A stretch of 64,000 bases of DNA from a bacterium. GTDB taxonomy: Bacteria > Patescibacteriota > Microgenomatia > Curtissbacterales > GWA2-41-24. Under the pieces are notes generated by a model that worked only from the letters and a program-made list of their open reading frames with translations, did not search any database and was not told the origin of the DNA. The stretch spans positions 23 through 64,022 of the forward strand of contig JAKALT010000001.1 in NCBI GenBank assembly GCA_021813125.1, in the 5' to 3' direction. Position 1 is the first letter of the stretch. Every line of letters starts with the position of its first letter. A program made the translations under genes and the position numbers. Shown piece after piece: positions 49,060 through 58,592 of the stretch.

Positions 49060-50146
49060 GGTTAATGAATACACAATAGCAATAGTTGGCTCTCACAGCG
49101 CTCTTGACATCTGCCGTGGAGCAAAGGATTTAGGCTTTAAAACTTTAGTTGTTGTTGAGAAAGGTAGGGACAAAACTTACGCTGAGCACTTTAAAACACA
49201 AGGGAAAGTAGGCTGTGTCGATGAAGTTTTGGAAGTTGAGAAATTTAAGGACATTTTAGATTCCAGAAACCAGAAAATCCTAAAAGAAAAAAATTCAATC
49301 TTTATTCCCCATCGCTCATTCGAGGTGTATCTCAACGACTACGACGCAATAGAAAAAGATTTCACTGTTCCTATGTTTGGCAACAAGTTTCTTTTAAGAA
49401 TTGAAGAACGCTACGTTAAACCAAACCAATACGATCTTTTATCTGAGGCAAAAATAAAATTCCCTAAAACATATAATAGTCCTAAAGAAATAGACCGGCT
49501 AGTTTTGGTAAAAGTTGCAGAGCGCGAAAGAAAATTCGAAAGGGCTTTTTTTCTGGCAAGCTCTCCTAAAGATTTTCAAGTTGCTTCGGAAATATTGATT
49601 TTAGAAGGCAAGATTACCAAAGAAGCCCTGGGGGTTGCGGTAATAGAGGAGTTTATTTTGGGAGTGCAAATAAATTTTAATTTCTTTTATTCACCAATTA
49701 CCAAACGTGTGGAGCTAGTGGGGACAGATACCAGAAGGCAGACCAACATCGACGGGCTTTTAAGGCTACCCGCTTTTTATCAAAACCAACTCCAGGAATC
49801 TATCCAAATAAAGTATGAGGAAGCAGGCCACATTGCAGTCACAACCCTGGAATCAACTCTTGAGCCGGCTTTTGAAATGGCAAACCGCTTCGTCGAAGCA
49901 TCCCAAAAACTGTACCCGCCGGGCATCATTGGGCCATTTGGCCTTCAGTCTGTTATAACAGCCGGCCCACCCAAAAAAGAAATTGTTGTTTTTGACGTTT
50001 CGCCGCGAATGCCCGGTTCCCCCGGAATTTTTGCAACCCCCTACAGCGGCTATTTATACGGGCAGTCTATGAGTATGGGCAAAAGGGTTGCAGTGGAAAT
50101 CGAAAAAGCAATCAACAACAACATGGTAAAACAAATCATAACATGA
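49052..50146 (+). CDS. Second PurP-like ATP-grasp protein
   Basis: VGSHSALDICRGAKDLGF, PHRSFEVY, AGHIAVT, PGIIGPFGLQ, DVSPRMPGSPG. Confidence 0.88.
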   Translation: MSKVNEYTIAIVGSHSALDICRGAKDLGFKTLVVVEKGRDKTYAEHFKTQGKVGCVDEVLEVEKFKDILDSRNQKILKEKNSIFIPHRSFEVYLNDYDAIEKDFTVPMFGNKFLLRIEERYVKPNQYDLLSEAKIKFPKTYNSPKEIDRLVLVKVAERERKFERAFFLASSPKDFQVASEILILEGKITKEALGVAVIEEFILGVQINFNFFYSPITKRVELVGTDTRRQTNIDGLLRLPAFYQNQLQESIQIKYEEAGHIAVTTLESTLEPAFEMANRFVEASQKLYPPGIIGPFGLQSVITAGPPKKEIVVFDVSPRMPGSPGIFATPYSGYLYGQSMSMGKRVAVEIEKAINNNMVKQIIT

Positions 50147-51525
50147 AGACGGATTTTGAAAATTATCAATCCCCCTTTTCTTGGCGTTACGGCTCAGTTG
50201 AAATGCGCAAGCTTTTTTCCGAAGTTAATCGCCGAAAAACCTGGCGTAAAGTTTGGGTTGCACTAGCAAAAGCCCAAAGCAAATTCGGCCTTATTTCCAA
50301 AAAAGAATTGGAAGATATCATAAAACACCAAAACGATATTGATATAGAAAAAGCCCACCAAATCGAAAGTGAAATAAAACACGATTTGATGGCAGAGGTC
50401 AAAACTTATGCCTCTCAGTCCAAAATCGGGGGCGGCAAAATCCACCTAGGTGCCACTTCACAAGATATCGAGGATAACGCCGATGCCATAATTTTTAATT
50501 TGGCACTCGAACTTATCGAAAAAAACCTAAAAAGCCTTCTAAAAACCTGGTCAGTAAAAATCGACCAAAATAAAGATGTAGTTTGTATGGCCTATACCCA
50601 CTTACAACCGGCAGAACCAACCACACTCGGCTACCGATTTTCGCTTTACGCACAAGATCTGCTTATCGATTTAGAACTCTTAAACTACATCAAAACCCAG
50701 ATAAAAGGTAAGGGAACAAAAGGTGCAGTTGGAAACTATGCAAGCTACACGTCTCTTTTAGGCACCAAATCTGAACAGATGGAAGAAGAGGTTCTGAAAG
50801 ATCTAGGCATCAAGGCTTTTGATGTAACAGGGCAGGTTTACCCAAGAAAACTTGACTATTTAATTTTGTGTCTGCTTTCATCTATTGCCCAAAGCCTTTA
50901 CAAATTTGCTTTCGATTTAAGGATTTTGCAATCGGCACAGTTTGGGGAATTGGCAGAGCCGTTTGCCAAAAAACAGGTAGGTTCCTCGGCAATGCCTTTT
51001 AAGAGAAACCCTCAAAATTCTGAAAGAATATGTTCCCTTGCGCGTTATATTGTTTCGCTTTCTAGGCCTGCTTGGGATAATGCTGCAAATTCGCTTCTGG
51101 AAAGAACGTTAGATGATTCTGCAGCGAAAAGGGTAATAGTTCCGGACAGCTTTCTGGCAACTGATGAAATATTAAAACTTGCCTTATATATTGTTTCAGA
51201 CTTAGTAGTAAACAAACACAACATCGAGAAAAATCTGAATTCATTCGGGCCATTTTCTGCACTCGAATCTATTCTTTTAAAAAGCGTCAAAAACGGAGCA
51301 AATCGCCAGGAAATGCACGAGATCTTGCGCGAGCATTCGATGCGAGTTTACGAAGAAATGGCAAAAACAGGTGAAAATAGATTATTTAAAAACTTGGGAA
51401 ACGATAAAGCAATATTGGAATATTTAACAAAAGCAGAAATTGAAAATCTCACAAACTACAAAAAACATATAGGTCTCTCGGAAAAGAAATCAAAATTGAT
51501 GATTTCGAAAATAAAAAACATATAA
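50143..51525 (+). CDS. purB: Adenylosuccinate lyase
   Basis: HDLMA, IHLGATSQD, THLQPA, GSSAMPFKRNP, ERTLDDS. Confidence 0.97.
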   Translation: MKTDFENYQSPFSWRYGSVEMRKLFSEVNRRKTWRKVWVALAKAQSKFGLISKKELEDIIKHQNDIDIEKAHQIESEIKHDLMAEVKTYASQSKIGGGKIHLGATSQDIEDNADAIIFNLALELIEKNLKSLLKTWSVKIDQNKDVVCMAYTHLQPAEPTTLGYRFSLYAQDLLIDLELLNYIKTQIKGKGTKGAVGNYASYTSLLGTKSEQMEEEVLKDLGIKAFDVTGQVYPRKLDYLILCLLSSIAQSLYKFAFDLRILQSAQFGELAEPFAKKQVGSSAMPFKRNPQNSERICSLARYIVSLSRPAWDNAANSLLERTLDDSAAKRVIVPDSFLATDEILKLALYIVSDLVVNKHNIEKNLNSFGPFSALESILLKSVKNGANRQEMHEILREHSMRVYEEMAKTGENRLFKNLGNDKAILEYLTKAEIENLTNYKKHIGLSEKKSKLMISKIKNI

Positions 51526-51632
51526 TAATGAAAAAATTAATCTTGCCACTTCATAAATTCACAAAAACAATATACAATAACGAAAATAATCCTAAAAACT
51601 TGCCCAAAAAACCTGCCTATATGAGGTAAAAA

Positions 51633-52166
51633 ATGGGAAAACAAAAAAAAGTCCATCCACAAGTAGGAATAATAATGGGCTCTGATTCGGATCTTGAAAT
51701 TATGTCCGAAGCAGCAAAAATATTAGATGAGCTCAGGGTTCCCTATGAGATATCGGTAATTTCTGCGCACAGAACGCCCTCACAAACTGTCGCTTATTCA
51801 AAATCCGCCCACAATCGAGGTCTTAAGGTGATTATAGCTGGCGCAGGAGGCGCTGCGGCCCTTCCTGGTGTTGTTGCTTCCCAAACTTTATTACCGGTGA
51901 TTGGGGTGCCAATTAAATCGAAATCAGTAGACGGCTTGGATGCGTTGCTTTCTATAAGCCAAATGCCGCCGGGAATTCCTGTAGCAACAGTCGGCATCGA
52001 CGGAGCAAAAAATGCAGGACTTTTGGCCGCACTAATAATTGGGCTTTCAAACATTGAAGTGAAAAAGAAATTAAACGATTACAAAAATGGTCTTAAAAAA
52101 CAAGTTCTTGTAAAAAACTCGAAACTGCAGAAACTTGGTTGGAGTAAATATTTAAATACAAAATAA
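51633..52166 (+). CDS. purE: N5-CAIR mutase / AIR carboxylase
   Basis: IMGSDSD, SAHRTP, PVIGVP, QMPPGIPVATV. Confidence 0.96.
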   Translation: MGKQKKVHPQVGIIMGSDSDLEIMSEAAKILDELRVPYEISVISAHRTPSQTVAYSKSAHNRGLKVIIAGAGGAAALPGVVASQTLLPVIGVPIKSKSVDGLDALLSISQMPPGIPVATVGIDGAKNAGLLAALIIGLSNIEVKKKLNDYKNGLKKQVLVKNSKLQKLGWSKYLNTK

Positions 52167-53137
52167 TGATAGATAAAAAAATCATAGTAAAAAATATCCC
52201 CAATGCTATAAAGGCAGTTCCTGTTCGGAATTTGGGCAAAAGACAAAGTGGGAAAGTCCGTGATTGGTATAGTAGAAACAACTTAAGAATCCTCATTGCA
52301 ACAGACAGGATTTCCGCATTTGACAAAGTTTTAGGCTTGATCCCATTTAGGGGTGCAGTTTTAAATAAACTTTCGGAATTTTGGTTTAACGCGACTCGGG
52401 ATATTGTTTCTAACCACATGATTGGGGTTGTCGATCCAAACGTTATGCTTGTTTCGGAGGTTCAGGCACTGCCGATTGAGGTAGTTGTTAGGGGATACAT
52501 TACTGGAGTAACCAATACCTCACTTTGGAAACAGTATAACGAAGGCAATAGAATAATCTACGGTATAAAGTTTCCGGATGGTCTCAAAAAGAACCAAAAA
52601 CTCAAGGCCCCAGTTATTACCCCCACCACAAGAGGAACTGGTCCAGGGGGCCACGATGAACCTATCACAAAGCAAGAAATTATAAAAAAGAAATTGGTAC
52701 CCCCGGCTATTTACAAGCAAATTGAAAAAGTTGCCATTAAGCTTTTTGAGAGAGGAACTACAATAGCCAGCAAAGCCGGATTTATACTTGCCGACACAAA
52801 GTACGAATTTGGAGTTGATAAAAAGGGTAAATTAATTTTAATTGACGAAATACACACTCCGGACAGTAGCAGATATTGGCTTAAAAAAACATATCTGCAG
52901 CTTGTTTCAAAAGGACAGGAACCTGAAAATTATGACAAAGAGTTTATGAGACTTTGGTTTGCCAAAAGCGGGTATACAGGAAAAGGTAAAGCGCCAACTA
53001 TGCCGGATGATCTGGTTGCAAAAATTTCACAGAGATATATGGAGGTTTACGAAAAATTAACCGGAGAAAAATTTGAAGTCGACACCAAAAGACCTCAACT
53101 TGAAAGGATTATGGAAAGCCTCGAAAAATTGATATAA
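52166..53137 (+). CDS. purC: SAICAR synthetase
   Basis: GKVRD, TDRISAFD, DTKYEFG, DEIHTPDSSRYW. Confidence 0.97.
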   Translation: MIDKKIIVKNIPNAIKAVPVRNLGKRQSGKVRDWYSRNNLRILIATDRISAFDKVLGLIPFRGAVLNKLSEFWFNATRDIVSNHMIGVVDPNVMLVSEVQALPIEVVVRGYITGVTNTSLWKQYNEGNRIIYGIKFPDGLKKNQKLKAPVITPTTRGTGPGGHDEPITKQEIIKKKLVPPAIYKQIEKVAIKLFERGTTIASKAGFILADTKYEFGVDKKGKLILIDEIHTPDSSRYWLKKTYLQLVSKGQEPENYDKEFMRLWFAKSGYTGKGKAPTMPDDLVAKISQRYMEVYEKLTGEKFEVDTKRPQLERIMESLEKLI

Positions 53138-53141
53138 GCAT

Positions 53142-54662
53142 ATGGTCGCAGTAATTAACTTTGGCGGCCAATACGCACATCTTATTGCAAGAAGAGTTAG
53201 AGAACTCGGAGTAAAAAGTGAACTTCTTGTCCCAGAAACCTCAGCCCAAAAAATAAAAGATCTATCACCAGACGCAATAATTTTTTCTGGTAGTCCCCAT
53301 TCGGTCTTTGACAAAAATGCCCCGCGAGTAGATAAAAATATTTACGATCTAAACATTCCAATTTTGGGTATCTGCTATGGACAGCAGCTAATTTCATATC
53401 AGCTAGATGGTTTGGTCACAACCCACGAATCTAAACAGTTTGGAAAAGAGATCTTAAAAACAGAAAACTCGGTACTTTTTGAAAATCTCTCAAAAAGAGA
53501 AACTGTCTGGTTTTCTCACGGTGACCAAGTAGACAAAATCCCTTCAGGATTTAATGTTATCGGTTCGACTAAAAACGCCAAAATTGCGGCGATTGAAAAT
53601 AAAACAAAAAAAATCTACGGAATTCAGTTTCATCCGGAAGTAACCCATACATTCTCAGGCCAAAAGATTATATCTAATTTTCTTTTCAAAATATCAAATT
53701 GTAAAAAGGATTGGGATTTAAAAAAGCAAAAAGACGAAATAGTAAAATCCCTTAAACAAAAAATCAAAAGCCAGAAAGTTATTATGGCCATTTCCGGTGG
53801 TGTCGACTCGCTTGTTGCAGCGACTCTCCTAAAGGAGGCGATTGGCAAAAACCTATATTTAACTTTTATAGACACCGGACTAATGCGAAAGGGCGAAGTC
53901 AGCGAGGTTGAAACAATAGTCAATAAGGTAGGTTTTACCAACTTCAGAATTTCCAAATCAGGCGCCAGGTTTTTATTTGCCCTCAAAGGGGTGACTGATC
54001 CCGAAGAAAAACGCAAAATTATTTCTAAGCATTATTTTGCAATCTTTGAAGAAGAAGCTCAAAAAATTAAAAATGTAACATTTTTAGGTCAAGGTACTAT
54101 TTATCCCGACCGGATTGAATCAGCCCAGCCGACTAAACATGCTGACAAGATCAAAAGCCACCACAATCTCACACTCCCAAAGGGCCTCAAACTTCAAATA
54201 ATCGAGCCCTTAGCTGAATTTTATAAAGACGAAGTCAGAAAAATAGGTACAATTTTAAAAATCAATCCCGAATTCCTTGCCCGCCATCCATTTCCCGGGC
54301 CGGGCCTTGCAATACGTATCCTGGGAGAAGTAACAGAAGAAAGATTATCCATTATTCGCGAGGTCGACTATATTTTTATTTCCGAGCTTAAATCATCCGG
54401 CTTGTATAATAAAGTGGGACAAGCACTAGCGGCACTTCTGCCCGTCAAATCTGTTGGCGTTATGGGTGACGCACGTACATATTCGTACATTATCAGTTTG
54501 CGTTCTGTTGATACCCAAGATTTTATGACTGCCGATTGGTCAAAAATTCCAAATGTTGTCCTCGAAAAAATCTCTTCTCGCATTGTCAACGAAGTTCGCG
54601 GAGTTAACCGCGTTCTTTACGACATTACCCAAAAACCTCCGGCAACCATTGAGTATGAGTAA
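53142..54662 (+). CDS. guaA: GMP synthase (glutamine-hydrolysing)
   Basis: GICYGQQ, QFHPEV, SGGVDS, HPFPGPGL, KPPATIEYE. Confidence 0.98.
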   Translation: MVAVINFGGQYAHLIARRVRELGVKSELLVPETSAQKIKDLSPDAIIFSGSPHSVFDKNAPRVDKNIYDLNIPILGICYGQQLISYQLDGLVTTHESKQFGKEILKTENSVLFENLSKRETVWFSHGDQVDKIPSGFNVIGSTKNAKIAAIENKTKKIYGIQFHPEVTHTFSGQKIISNFLFKISNCKKDWDLKKQKDEIVKSLKQKIKSQKVIMAISGGVDSLVAATLLKEAIGKNLYLTFIDTGLMRKGEVSEVETIVNKVGFTNFRISKSGARFLFALKGVTDPEEKRKIISKHYFAIFEEEAQKIKNVTFLGQGTIYPDRIESAQPTKHADKIKSHHNLTLPKGLKLQIIEPLAEFYKDEVRKIGTILKINPEFLARHPFPGPGLAIRILGEVTEERLSIIREVDYIFISELKSSGLYNKVGQALAALLPVKSVGVMGDARTYSYIISLRSVDTQDFMTADWSKIPNVVLEKISSRIVNEVRGVNRVLYDITQKPPATIEYE

Positions 54663-55221
54663 ATCGAACCCCCCTAATTTCGTAATTGTCACAACCAACA
54701 AGAACAAATTATTAGAAATTAATCAAATTCTTGACACCAAGCATAAAATTTCTAAAATTGAGGTTCCCGAAATTCAATCACTCGACTTAAATCAAGTAAT
54801 AGCCCAAAAGGCAAAAGCAGCTTATGAAAAAATAAAAAAACCGGTTCTTGTTGAAGACATCAGTTTTGAAATCCAATCCCTAAAAGGACTCCCAGGGCCA
54901 TTTGTTAAATATTTTCTCCAAAGACTAGGTACGGAAGGAACAGTCAAACTTGTTGGTAACAAATCAACAAAAACAAAAGTCACCGCAGCGCTGGCCCTAT
55001 ACAACGGATCAACCCTCAAAATTTTCAAAGGTATTGTCTGGGGCACATTATCTAAAAAAAACAGGGGAGAAAGCGGGTTTGGTTTTGACAAAGTCTTTAT
55101 CCCAAAAGGCTATGATAAAACTTTTGCTGAAATGGACCTAAGCTTAAAAAACAAAATTTCCCATCGAGCCAGAGCTTTAAAAAAACTAAAAGATTACCTT
55201 ACAAATAATGAAAAGAATTAA
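54655..55221 (+). CDS. rdgB: Non-canonical purine NTP pyrophosphatase (Ham1/RdgB/ITPase)
   Basis: TTNKNK, EIQS, VED, LPGPFVK, FGFD, SHR; start at ATG 54655. Confidence 0.93.
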   Translation: MSKSNPPNFVIVTTNKNKLLEINQILDTKHKISKIEVPEIQSLDLNQVIAQKAKAAYEKIKKPVLVEDISFEIQSLKGLPGPFVKYFLQRLGTEGTVKLVGNKSTKTKVTAALALYNGSTLKIFKGIVWGTLSKKNRGESGFGFDKVFIPKGYDKTFAEMDLSLKNKISHRARALKKLKDYLTNNEKN

Positions 55222-55813
55222 AGCAATATTTTTTGATTTAGGGGGTGTTGTTTTAACCCAAAATACTAAAGCAAGATTACAAACTATCTCCGAAGTTTTC
55301 TCTGTAAGTGACAAGGATTTGGAAAGTGTATTTAAAAAATACAATAACGATTGGTCAACTGGAAAAATAACAGTTAAAATTATGGCAAGAAAACTTAAGA
55401 ATCGTTTTAAACATAAAAAACCTATTCCTCAGCTACTAAAAACCTGGGAAGAAACTTATAAAAAGAAGACTCGGCCAAACAGAGAACTTATTAACTTTAT
55501 TGATAAGCTGAGAAAAAAATACCAACTTTATCTTCTCACAAATACTGTAGATTTACACCACAATGTCAATTCCAAGAGGGATATTTTTAATCATTTTGAT
55601 GGAGTTTTCGCTTCATTTATTATTGGAAAGAGAAAACCAGAGCAAAATTTCTACACACACGTGCTTGATGAGCTCAAATTAAAGCCTGGGGAATGTATGT
55701 TTATTGACGACATTAATGAAAATGTCGAAGCAGCAAAAAAATTGGGAATAAAAGGTATTCAGTTTGCAAATAACCAAAAACTTTTAAAGGATTTTATAAT
55801 ACTTGGAATTTGA
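55208..55813 (+). CDS. HAD-superfamily phosphatase
   Basis: FDLGGV, LTN, KP, FIDD. Confidence 0.9.
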   Translation: MKRIKAIFFDLGGVVLTQNTKARLQTISEVFSVSDKDLESVFKKYNNDWSTGKITVKIMARKLKNRFKHKKPIPQLLKTWEETYKKKTRPNRELINFIDKLRKKYQLYLLTNTVDLHHNVNSKRDIFNHFDGVFASFIIGKRKPEQNFYTHVLDELKLKPGECMFIDDINENVEAAKKLGIKGIQFANNQKLLKDFIILGI

Positions 55814-55956
55814 GTCTAAATTACTTTTTAAGAACTACTAATTTTAGGCGGGCAATGAAGTGAACATTGTAAGTTGATTGTCTTTGAATCTATTTCTTAA
55901 AAACTATCAACTTTAGCCCCGCAGCGTAGCGAGGAGCGCAAACTAGTTACCTTAAT

Positions 55957-56553
55957 TTATTTCTTAAACACGACCAGTTTATAGCCAACAAAATTCCAAA
56001 AAAGCGTTATAACTGTTGCCAGCAGTTTCGCAACATTTGGCCTGAGATTAGCGTTCGCTATCAAATGCGGGAATATATAAGTAGAAAGAAAATAAACTAC
56101 AAGTGCATTCATCAGTAATCCGATAGCTGTAACTGTTAAAAAAGCAGTGAAATTTTGACCGGCCTTTTTTTTGGAGGAAAAAGTAAATTCCCTGTTCCAA
56201 AAATAACTATTTATTGTTGCGACACTAAAAGAAATTGCTGCCGTAAAAAATATACCGATTCCTTGAGTAATACCAGTTAAAAAAACAATCAAATTTAAAA
56301 TTCCAAAATCAATTGCAGTATTTAAAACTCCAACCAAAACAAATTTCGCAAATTGCCACATCAAAGGCACAACCCTCCCTAAAAAATTCCCGACTACTAA
56401 ACCCACTACAGCCAAAACCGGAAGGCCAACAAAAATAATCAGCCATTCATACGGTAATTTGGAATAATAGCCAGTATTAATAAGAGTGGGGACAAGAAAA
56501 ATTGCGGTTAAAAATCCCGCAGCTAAGCCAAGGAGCAGATCCTTATTTTTCAT
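55957..56553 (-). CDS. GtrA family protein (lipid-linked sugar flippase)
   Basis: QFAKFVLVGVLNTAIDFG, SYFWNREFTF, WNFVGYKLVVF. Confidence 0.9.
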   Translation of the reverse strand: MKNKDLLLGLAAGFLTAIFLVPTLINTGYYSKLPYEWLIIFVGLPVLAVVGLVVGNFLGRVVPLMWQFAKFVLVGVLNTAIDFGILNLIVFLTGITQGIGIFFTAAISFSVATINSYFWNREFTFSSKKKAGQNFTAFLTVTAIGLLMNALVVYFLSTYIFPHLIANANLRPNVAKLLATVITLFWNFVGYKLVVFKK

Positions 56554-56649
56554 TGCGCTAACACTATTGTGATATAAGCATAGAAATTTTACAATCGGGC
56601 AAAGTCTAAGTTCTTGGAGTTTTACTTATTTGCTAGATATAATTGGTGC

Positions 56650-57798
56650 ATGAAGCCGTCTCTAATTAATTTTTACTATAAATATGCGGCAATTTCTCTT
56701 ATCGCTCTTTTTGCTGCTACACAATTTATACTGATCATCAGACATAAATCTGTCTTCATCTCTGACAGCTATTTTTATAAACATATTTATTATCAGATAA
56801 AAGGTGATACATACAACGAAGCACGCCAAAAAATTGTGTCTCAAGTCGACTTGAAAAACTCCGATGAAATTACAACAAATATCTTTATCAATCAAGCGGC
56901 ATATTCAAACTCTCTAACATTTTTTGTCAAACGGCCACTATACCCACTTCTGGTTGCACTTATAAGCACCCTTTCAAAAAATGAAGTATTTAATTTTATG
57001 TTCCCAGTATTTCTTGCATATGTTGGAATTGTTTTCTTGATATATAACCTTTCCGGAATAAACCTGGGGCGCTTGTTTGCCGCAATCACTTCATCTCTAT
57101 TTATTGCCTTTTACCCTTTGCTAGACTGGTCAACCTATGCGTTAACTGACACAATAGGTGCGTTTTTTTGGATACTTCAGGTATTTTTGGCCTACCTTTA
57201 TATTTCTGGGTCTAAGACAAAATGGCTGTTAGCATACGCAGTGGTGCTCGCTCTATCGCTAACAAATCGTGAACAAAGTACACTGATGATTCCTCTATTT
57301 ATTATTCTTTTTATCCTTACTAAATTTGCTAAACTTCCCGGAAAACTTAAACCTAAAATCATAAATTTAATAGTTATTAGTGTTATTTTTTCACTGGCCT
57401 ACATGATGATTATGATTATTTTGGGGCAAAGAAGTATTTTGGAAACAATTGCCTATACCCATAACAACTTTGGTTTAACAAGCAATAGATATTCTACGGC
57501 CGAACTTATAAAGTTTTCCGTTGATTCTTTTAAGACCAGCCACTTAGTCTTCTTTCATGAATTAATACAACACCACTGGTGGTTTATTATTTCTGTAATA
57601 TCAATCATGGGAATAGCCAAAACGTTGGTTACAAAAGGCAAGTCCTTAATTGATTTACTTCTTCTCTCATCAGGCATTGCTTCATACATGTTTGTATTTA
57701 TTTTCCCTTCTCTTCAGTATCGTTATTTCTTCCCAGTGCTGTTTACGATTATTTACTTTGCGGCAAAATTCATAAAAGAGTATTTTGAAACGGTATAA
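56650..57798 (+). CDS. Polytopic membrane protein, possible GT-C glycosyltransferase
   Basis: About 10 TM helices; SDSYFY, RPLYP, LTD, RE, RYFFP; divergent from gtrA; ATG 56650 lies 6 nt after TATAAT. Confidence 0.65.
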   Translation: MKPSLINFYYKYAAISLIALFAATQFILIIRHKSVFISDSYFYKHIYYQIKGDTYNEARQKIVSQVDLKNSDEITTNIFINQAAYSNSLTFFVKRPLYPLLVALISTLSKNEVFNFMFPVFLAYVGIVFLIYNLSGINLGRLFAAITSSLFIAFYPLLDWSTYALTDTIGAFFWILQVFLAYLYISGSKTKWLLAYAVVLALSLTNREQSTLMIPLFIILFILTKFAKLPGKLKPKIINLIVISVIFSLAYMMIMIILGQRSILETIAYTHNNFGLTSNRYSTAELIKFSVDSFKTSHLVFFHELIQHHWWFIISVISIMGIAKTLVTKGKSLIDLLLLSSGIASYMFVFIFPSLQYRYFFPVLFTIIYFAAKFIKEYFETV

Positions 57799-58567
57799 AT
57801 TTAAAGTTATAATTCCACTAGCACTGTCACTTTTTTTGACAGTCGTTCTATTAGCGGTAGGTTTTTACAAGCCTCAGCCAGGGCAAAACATTAGTCCTAG
57901 CCCTAAACTGTCACAATCTGTAATTTCTGACAAAATAGTAGCCTCATCACCTCAGTCCCAAACTGAAAATCTTCAGTTACAAAAAGTCGCAAGAGTTATA
58001 GACGGTGACACAATTGAGTTAGAAAACGGCCAAAAAGTCCGCTACATCGGAATCAATACTCCAGAAACGGTTGATCCTCGAAAAGCCGCAGAATGTTTTG
58101 GAAAAGAGTCTTCGTTGAAAAATAGAGAATTGGTTGAAGGCAAAAGTGTAAGATTGGAAAAAGATGTTTCGGAAACAGATAAATATTCCCGTCTCCTTCG
58201 ATACGTCTATGTAGATGATGCCCTTATTAACGACTACCTTGTTCGTCAGGGATTTGCTTATGCAAGCGCCTTCCCGCCGGACGTAAAATATCAAGATCAA
58301 TTTCAAAATGCACAGCGCGAAGCCCAGCAGGAAAATAGGGGACTTTGGTCAAGCTGCGAGTCCGGCTCATCAGGCATTACCGATCAAAACGCAACTGCTG
58401 AAAACTGCCAGATTAAGGGCAATATCTCCTCAACCGGCGAGAAAATTTACCACGTGCCCGGCCAACGCTATTACAACCAAACAGTAGTTGACGAGTCAAA
58501 AGGTGAAAGGTGGTTTTGCTCAGAAGACGATGCTCAGCAAGCCGGTTGGCGAAAATCAAAAATTTAA
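57785..58567 (+). CDS. Thermonuclease (SNase) family protein with C-terminal Cys/His domain
   Basis: N-terminal TM; VIDGDTI, RYIGINTPE, DKYSRLLRYV; C-terminal CQIKGNI..IYH..WFCSE..AGWR. Confidence 0.92.
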   Translation: MKRYKFKVIIPLALSLFLTVVLLAVGFYKPQPGQNISPSPKLSQSVISDKIVASSPQSQTENLQLQKVARVIDGDTIELENGQKVRYIGINTPETVDPRKAAECFGKESSLKNRELVEGKSVRLEKDVSETDKYSRLLRYVYVDDALINDYLVRQGFAYASAFPPDVKYQDQFQNAQREAQQENRGLWSSCESGSSGITDQNATAENCQIKGNISSTGEKIYHVPGQRYYNQTVVDESKGERWFCSEDDAQQAGWRKSKI

Positions 58568-58592
58568 CAAAAAAGGTTGATATAATAAGATT

